From: Breznakia blatticola
GTDB taxonomy: Bacteria > Bacillota_I > Bacilli_A > Erysipelotrichales > Erysipelotrichaceae
Assembly: GCF_004365815.1 (NCBI RefSeq)
Contig: NZ_SODD01000042.1
Coordinates: forward strand, 1-21,045
Reading direction: 5' to 3'
Length of the DNA: 21,045 nucleotides
Shown here: one piece after another, positions 15,090 to 21,045 of the stretch
Layout of the letters: each line of letters begins with the position of its first letter
How positions within the stretch are numbered: position 1 is the first letter of the stretch
Position numbers and translations under genes: made by a program
The notes under the pieces: model-generated
Database searches by the model: none
Told to the model about the DNA's origin: nothing
Seen by the model: the letters and a program-made list of their open reading frames with translations, nothing else

Positions 15090-15728
15090 ATGAAGACTCA
15101 AAACCAATTAAATAAAATTTGTATATTTAGTGAATCTCATGAGTTCTTGTGGGAGAATTTCTTGCGTCGAAATCCTGTTTTGAAAATAGATTTGGATACA
15201 AATATAAAAACATGTTATCCAAGTTCGTATTATGTAAATGGAGTTGAGTATCATATTCCATATCGCATTGGCTATGAAGTAAAAAAACTAAAGCACTCCA
15301 ATACGCATGAAAAAGTGATTGCATACTGTCTTATGAGTCGACATCATAATGGATTTGTGCGAGAGAAATATCTCAAAAAATTACTAAAGAAAAAATATTT
15401 TCAACAATATCCATTTGTAGTAGCGTATGTGCTGCGTCTTGTTGGTGAGTATGTTGAAGAAATATGGGATGTTGTATACGAACATAAACATTTGTTTGAT
15501 AATGAAACAACAAGAGTATTTATTTATGAAAATGATCGGTTCATAGATAAGATGTTTCAAAGAAGTTACTCATATTTTAGCAATAATCGTTTTGGTGAAC
15601 CCTTTAAGAAACGATATCTAATGAATCCGATAATTTGTAAAGGACCTTTGCTGAATGGATCTTCCAATTATAAACTATTATCATATGTAGTAAGTCTTAA
15701 ACAAGTGATATATCGAGAAGATATATAG
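15090..15728 (+). CDS. Hypothetical protein, no family recognised
   Basis: Long ORF with host-like composition. The listed start at 15045 sits inside the upstream terminator T-tract and has no SD. The internal ATG at 15090 lies 6 nt after an extended -10, giving a candidate leaderless start. The start is uncertain. Confidence 0.55.
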   Translation: MKTQNQLNKICIFSESHEFLWENFLRRNPVLKIDLDTNIKTCYPSSYYVNGVEYHIPYRIGYEVKKLKHSNTHEKVIAYCLMSRHHNGFVREKYLKKLLKKKYFQQYPFVVAYVLRLVGEYVEEIWDVVYEHKHLFDNETTRVFIYENDRFIDKMFQRSYSYFSNNRFGEPFKKRYLMNPIICKGPLLNGSSNYKLLSYVVSLKQVIYREDI

Positions 15729-15802
15729 TATTCGTGCAATCATTATTGAGTTTACATAAATAGTGTAAAAATAGGAGTAGAATATGTTGCTAGAAATTTA
15801 CA

Positions 15803-15811
15803 TGATATAAT
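15803..15811 (+). promoter_or_regulatory. Extended -10 (TGaTATAAT) placed 10 nt before ATG 15822
   Basis: TGATATAAT at 15803-15811. There is no SD in the 10 nt (AACTGTACTT) before the ATG. Confidence 0.45.
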
Positions 15812-15821
15812 AACTGTACTT

Positions 15822-16562
15822 ATGAAAACGTATAAGACAAATGAACTAGCAAAGCAATTTCAGATTCATGCAAATACAGTTCGCTTGTATGAGGGACAAC
15901 ACTTCATCAGCAAAGCAAAAAGATTAAAAAATGGATATCGTCAATTTGATGAAATCCATTTTTGGCAGTTATTCATTTGTCGAAAGATATTTGAGTTTCC
16001 TTACTCCAATTCAAGAATCCGCAAATCTGGAATTGACATTATTTATGCAAGTGGTTCACAGAAAGTTGAACTACTTGATGAAAAACTTGCGGTATATCGT
16101 TCTATTATCTTAGAAGAATTGCAGAAAGCACAACGTGCAAATCAGCTTCTTCTAGATTGGTTGAACGACCAAACAATAGAAGAAGAAACGCATTATTATA
16201 CACGTAAAGAAATTGCGTCGATATTAGATACAACTAAAGAAACTGTTCGTAATTGGGAGAGAAATGATCTAGTTCAGACAACCCTTCTAGAGGATCCACA
16301 GCAACGTTACTTTAATGAAGAAGCATTGAAACGTTGTAGAATTATTTATCTACTTCGTCAAGTTGGTTTTAGTATGCATGCAATCTATCAATGTCTTCAT
16401 GCATTAGATACGAATGATGCTTCATTAAATCTTTCTAAGGAAGAGGCTTTTTCTGCAGGAGATCGCTGGTTAATTGAACTAAACTCACTTTTTAACTCGA
16501 TTCCTTCATTAGAAGAAGCAGTTGATAAATTAAAAACCCTACACTTGCTCACCAACCTGTAA
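15822..16562 (+). CDS. MerR-family transcriptional regulator with two tandem MerR-type HTH domains
   Basis: The first HTH is YKTNELAKQFQIHANTVRLYEGQHFI...NGYRQFDE. The second is YYTRKEIASILDTTKETVRNWERNDLV...QQRYFNEEALKRCRIIYLLRQVGFSMHAI. Confidence 0.8.
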   Translation: MKTYKTNELAKQFQIHANTVRLYEGQHFISKAKRLKNGYRQFDEIHFWQLFICRKIFEFPYSNSRIRKSGIDIIYASGSQKVELLDEKLAVYRSIILEELQKAQRANQLLLDWLNDQTIEEETHYYTRKEIASILDTTKETVRNWERNDLVQTTLLEDPQQRYFNEEALKRCRIIYLLRQVGFSMHAIYQCLHALDTNDASLNLSKEEAFSAGDRWLIELNSLFNSIPSLEEAVDKLKTLHLLTNL

Positions 16563-16595
16563 TCTATTGATATAGTTGTATCAGGAGGTATGTCT

Positions 16596-17771
16596 ATGAC
16601 ACAACTAACAAAACATATAGAGGCGATTATTAAGGAAAGAGCATGTGGTAGTGAAGCAAATAATGAGGTTGTTCACTACATAAAACAACAAATGGAAAAA
16701 ACCAGCGACTTTGTAGAGAGTTTTCCTTTTGACTGTATGATATGGAAGAAAGAGTATTCTTTTGTGAATCTAGATGGAGAGAAACTAGAAATCCTTGCCA
16801 GTCCATTTTCAAAAGGAGTACACACAACCGGAAAACTATGTAGTGTATCTACAATTGAAGAATTGAGAAACTGCGATATGAAGGATTGTATTGTATTAGT
16901 CTATGGTGACTTAGCAAAGAATCCGATTTCCGCAAAAGACTATCCGTTTTATTATCCTGATGAACATAAAGAAATAAATGATATCTTTGAATCAAGAAAA
17001 CCAAAAGCAATTCTCGCGTTTACTGGACAAGCATCAAACTGTGGATTGCATCCATTTCCATTATTTGAAGATGGAAACTTTGAGATTCCTTCTGCATATA
17101 TTGAAGAATCAAAGGTATCTTTATTTTTATCTCACTTAAATGAATTTATCGAAATTGCAATCAACTCACAACGATTACCTACAACATCTTCTCAACTAGT
17201 TGCAACGAAAAAAGGAAATAAAGAGGATTTAATTGTTGTATGTGCACACATGGATTCTAAAGATGATACAGATGGAGCAATTGATAATGGAAGTGGTACA
17301 CTTGTGTTATTAAGAATGTTAGAGTTATTAGATGGAATTTTAACTTCTCACACCATCCAGTTTGTCCCTTACAATAGTGAAGAAGCGTATCACGCAGGTG
17401 GTGAATTAGCTCATCTAGGACAATTGAAAGACAAGAAAGTAGCCTACGTTTTAAATATAGATACTCCTTGTTTTAAAAAACGCAAAAGTGAGATATCACT
17501 GTTTAATATCGATAGTCAGTCTAAAATGATTACAGATGTTGTTTCTAAAGAAAAACAATTATGTATTGGAGAACCTTGGTATGCAGGTGATCATATGCCA
17601 TTTGCGATGCAAGGGATTCCTACCTTAGCTGTTATAGTGGAAGGCTTCAATAATGAAGGTGTTTTCTATACACATACAAAACGAGATAACAAAGAATTAC
17701 TTGATGATAAAATCATCGAAGAAGTTTCAACATCTCTTGTAAATCTGTTGTTAGCAATTGATAGTCTATAA
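16596..17771 (+). CDS. M28-family metallopeptidase (aminopeptidase-like)
   Basis: Zinc-ligand motifs in M28 order: VCAHMDS, GAIDNGSG, NSEEAYHAGG, GDHMPFAMQGIP. I prefer ATG 16596 (GGAGG 7 nt upstream) over the listed 16590. It lies 33 nt after the MerR-type gene, so it is probably co-transcribed. Confidence 0.8.
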   Translation: MTQLTKHIEAIIKERACGSEANNEVVHYIKQQMEKTSDFVESFPFDCMIWKKEYSFVNLDGEKLEILASPFSKGVHTTGKLCSVSTIEELRNCDMKDCIVLVYGDLAKNPISAKDYPFYYPDEHKEINDIFESRKPKAILAFTGQASNCGLHPFPLFEDGNFEIPSAYIEESKVSLFLSHLNEFIEIAINSQRLPTTSSQLVATKKGNKEDLIVVCAHMDSKDDTDGAIDNGSGTLVLLRMLELLDGILTSHTIQFVPYNSEEAYHAGGELAHLGQLKDKKVAYVLNIDTPCFKKRKSEISLFNIDSQSKMITDVVSKEKQLCIGEPWYAGDHMPFAMQGIPTLAVIVEGFNNEGVFYTHTKRDNKELLDDKIIEEVSTSLVNLLLAIDSL

Positions 17772-17805
17772 TTATCATTCATCTAAATATTACAATTCAA
17801 TTAAC

Positions 17806-17846
17806 AAATCCTACTTAATTTAAAACTTGAGTAGGATTTTCTTTTT
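17806..17846 (+). terminator. Intrinsic terminator after the peptidase gene
   Basis: Perfect 10-bp stem AAATCCTACT / AGTAGGATTT followed by TCTTTTT. Confidence 0.8.
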
Positions 17847-17951
17847 GTGTTAAGAAAAGAAAACATAATGTAAAGGTTAAAAGTAGAGATAGAGGACATC
17901 TATGGTATGCAAGTATAATGAAAAGAGATGGAGAGTTGGTGTAAAAAAATA

Positions 17952-17980
17952 TTGCACTGTTTTTTTGTTTTTGATATATT
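17952..17980 (+). promoter_or_regulatory. Promoter of the rRNA methyltransferase gene; the -10 lies 9 nt before the ATG
   Basis: TTGCAC (17952-17957), 17 nt of spacer, then TATATT (17975-17980), with TGa immediately upstream (an extended -10). No SD lies between it and ATG 17990. Confidence 0.5.
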
Positions 17981-17989
17981 ATTTCCGTT

Positions 17990-19306
17990 ATGAATAAGAC
18001 TTTTTTAGATCGAATGCAAACCTATTTAGGCGACGAATATGAAGCTTACATAGCTTCTCTTGAAAAGCCCTTATATAAAGGAATACGAAATAATACGCTT
18101 AAAGATAGTAAAGATTTGCTGGAACAAACATTTCAATTAGAACCATCAAAGTTTAATGAAGATGGATATTCTACATTAGAAGATATTAGTGGAAATCACC
18201 CATTGCATAAGATGGGCTGCTTCTATATGCAAGAGCCTTCTGCAATGTCGGTTGTGCAAATTGCAGATATACAAAAAAGAGATTGGGTTCTTGATATGTG
18301 TGCAGCTCCTGGAGGAAAAAGTACACAAATTGCATCGAAACTTCAACATACAGGATGTATAGTTTCCAATGAGTATGTAGGAAAACGAGCAACAATACTG
18401 ATGTCCAACCTTGAGCGGATGGGTGTTGGTGAATGTATTATAACCAATGCTTCAACCAAACAATTAGCTGCAGAATTTATGGGGATATTTGATAAAGTAA
18501 TCGTCGATGCTCCCTGCAGTGGTGAAGGTATGATGAAAAAACATGATATTGCATCTCAGGAGTGGAGTGAAGCAAATGTACTTGCATGTGCGAAGCGACA
18601 AAAAGATATTCTTGAAGATGCCTATCTTTGCGTAAAAGAAGGCGGTGTGCTTGTATACTCTACATGTACATATGCTAAAGAAGAAAATGAGCATGTTGTG
18701 GATGCCTTCTTAGAAGCACATCCAGATATGGAATTACTTGCAATAGAAGAATCATTTGGTCGTGAAGGATATGATACACCTCGAGTGAAAGGTGCATATG
18801 TAAAACGTATCTTTCCAATGGATGGTGGAGAAGGTCACTTTATTGCAAAATTAAGAAAAAAGGGAACACAGGAAACAAAGAAACTACATTTGTACAAATC
18901 TATACCGTTACCAAAAGAAGTAAAAGCGTTCTTGATGGATCAAATTGGAGATATCGATTTCTACTGTTACCAAAGAAATAATCATGTGTATATTAAGAAG
19001 TCACCATTTATTGACTTGGCAAATATACATGTACTACGGCAAGGGATTGAAGTTGGTGAAATAATAAAAGGACGTCTAGAACCACACCAACACTTCTTTA
19101 TGGCAGCAACATTACAAAATAAGTTTCAACATAAGATAACCGTAACAGAAGAACAGTTATCTACATTCCTGCAAGGGAATGTATTGTCGATACCTTGTGA
19201 AAGAGGGTATGTGGCATTGATGTATAAAGGGTATGCTGTTGGATTTGGAAAAAGCGATGGTAAACAAATCAAGAATAAATATCCAAAAGGATTGCGTATT
19301 CGATAA
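17990..19306 (+). CDS. rsmF: RsmB/RsmF (NOL1/NOP2/Sun) family rRNA cytosine-C5 methyltransferase with a C-terminal PUA-like extension
   Basis: SAM-binding motif VLDMCAAPGGKSTQIA. Catalytic Cys motifs IVDAPCSGEGMMKK and LVYSTCTY. The N-terminal FLDRMQTYLGDEYEAYIASLEKP and the ~130-aa C-terminal domain are typical of RsmF/YebU-type proteins. Confidence 0.8.
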   Translation: MNKTFLDRMQTYLGDEYEAYIASLEKPLYKGIRNNTLKDSKDLLEQTFQLEPSKFNEDGYSTLEDISGNHPLHKMGCFYMQEPSAMSVVQIADIQKRDWVLDMCAAPGGKSTQIASKLQHTGCIVSNEYVGKRATILMSNLERMGVGECIITNASTKQLAAEFMGIFDKVIVDAPCSGEGMMKKHDIASQEWSEANVLACAKRQKDILEDAYLCVKEGGVLVYSTCTYAKEENEHVVDAFLEAHPDMELLAIEESFGREGYDTPRVKGAYVKRIFPMDGGEGHFIAKLRKKGTQETKKLHLYKSIPLPKEVKAFLMDQIGDIDFYCYQRNNHVYIKKSPFIDLANIHVLRQGIEVGEIIKGRLEPHQHFFMAATLQNKFQHKITVTEEQLSTFLQGNVLSIPCERGYVALMYKGYAVGFGKSDGKQIKNKYPKGLRIR

Positions 19307-19353
19307 CCGTAAATAAAAATAGGTAAGACTGTCGAAAGTAAATAATATATGAT

Positions 19354-19376
19354 AAGGGATCTCGTATCCCTTTTTG
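19354..19376 (+). terminator. Intrinsic terminator after rsmF
   Basis: AAGGGAT / ATCCCTT is a 7-bp stem with loop CTCGT, followed by TTTG. Confidence 0.65.
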
Positions 19377-19588
19377 TATTTATGTATAAAAAGTAGACAC
19401 TATTATATATAAGGATAGGATTTGTTTAAAATTTGAGGATAATGTAGGTGCTTTTACATGTAAAAACTGTTATCGCTTACATGGAATTTTTTTAGTATTG
19501 TTATACATTATTGTAAAGTTTTGTATTATAATACCCATGTACGATCGAGAAAGGAAAAGTATACATAGTAATGTATACAGGTAAATGA

Positions 19589-20878
<1,290 letters not shown>

Positions 20879-20882
20879 GCTT

Positions 20883-20909
20883 AGAAGTAACCAGACGGTT
20901 ACTTCTTTT
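20883..20909 (+). terminator. Intrinsic terminator after purA
   Basis: Perfect 10-bp stem AGAAGTAACC / GGTTACTTCT with loop AGAC, followed by TTT. Confidence 0.85.
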
Positions 20910-21045
20910 GAATTCATATACCGATTTGGTTATAATGTGTTATATAAAGTATAGATAGCTAACTATATTAAAATCAAGTAGTTTTATGAAAAAGTTTGAA
21001 AATAGATTATTTGATTTATATCAATAGTGAAATAAATGTAGATCT

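Noticed and set aside
19303-19340. ACCGTAAAT followed by ...GACTGTCG just after rsmF resembles the 3' conserved segment of a purine riboswitch, and it lies upstream of purA.
   Set aside because: The rest of the aptamer (the UAUA...GGAUAUGG and AGUUUCUACC segments) is absent. The match sits at the rsmF stop codon, upstream of the rsmF terminator.
20910-21045. A possible promoter (TTGGTTATAAT) and a 13-codon ORF (ATG at 20977) downstream of purA.
   Set aside because: The ORF is too short, has no SD, and the region is truncated by the window edge. Nothing here can be supported.

Overview
Low-GC, Firmicutes-like chromosomal segment, probably Erysipelotrichia or Clostridia by codon usage and protein families; the taxon cannot be fixed from sequence alone. 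No rRNA, tRNA, CRISPR array or prophage genes were seen. Layout from left to right follows. (i) 1-2340 is a degraded accessory border. It holds the tail of a membrane ORF running off the window, a truncated Cys-rich IS30-family transposase, an ~830-bp ORF-free AT-rich spacer with an orphan consensus promoter plus intrinsic terminator (candidate ~60-nt sRNA), and a DUF3788 gene. (ii) 2400-14966 is a carbohydrate-utilisation island. It starts with a BglG/LicT-type antiterminator, a RAT-like element with a long terminator, and a PTS EIIBC with no EIIA. A convergent LacI-family regulator follows. Divergent from it is a seven-gene, translationally coupled operon: alpha/beta hydrolase, DUF5060+DUF4038 (GH140-like) hydrolase, FucI/AraA-superfamily isomerase, split transketolase (N and C subunits), glycerol-kinase-like FGGY kinase, and a second DUF4038 hydrolase. 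I read this as a candidate, not previously described, variant pathway for apiose-type (branched pentose) glycosides that feeds DHAP and xylulose-5-P through a transketolase. The substrate assignment is inference. (iii) 15045-21045 is housekeeping or miscellaneous: an orphan protein, a tandem-HTH MerR-type regulator with an M28 peptidase, an RsmF-type rRNA m5C methyltransferase, and purA. Three consecutive transcription units here have extended -10 elements 6-10 nt upstream of SD-less ATGs, so they are candidate leaderless mRNAs. All protein calls come from motif recognition by eye in the supplied translations. No database search was run.
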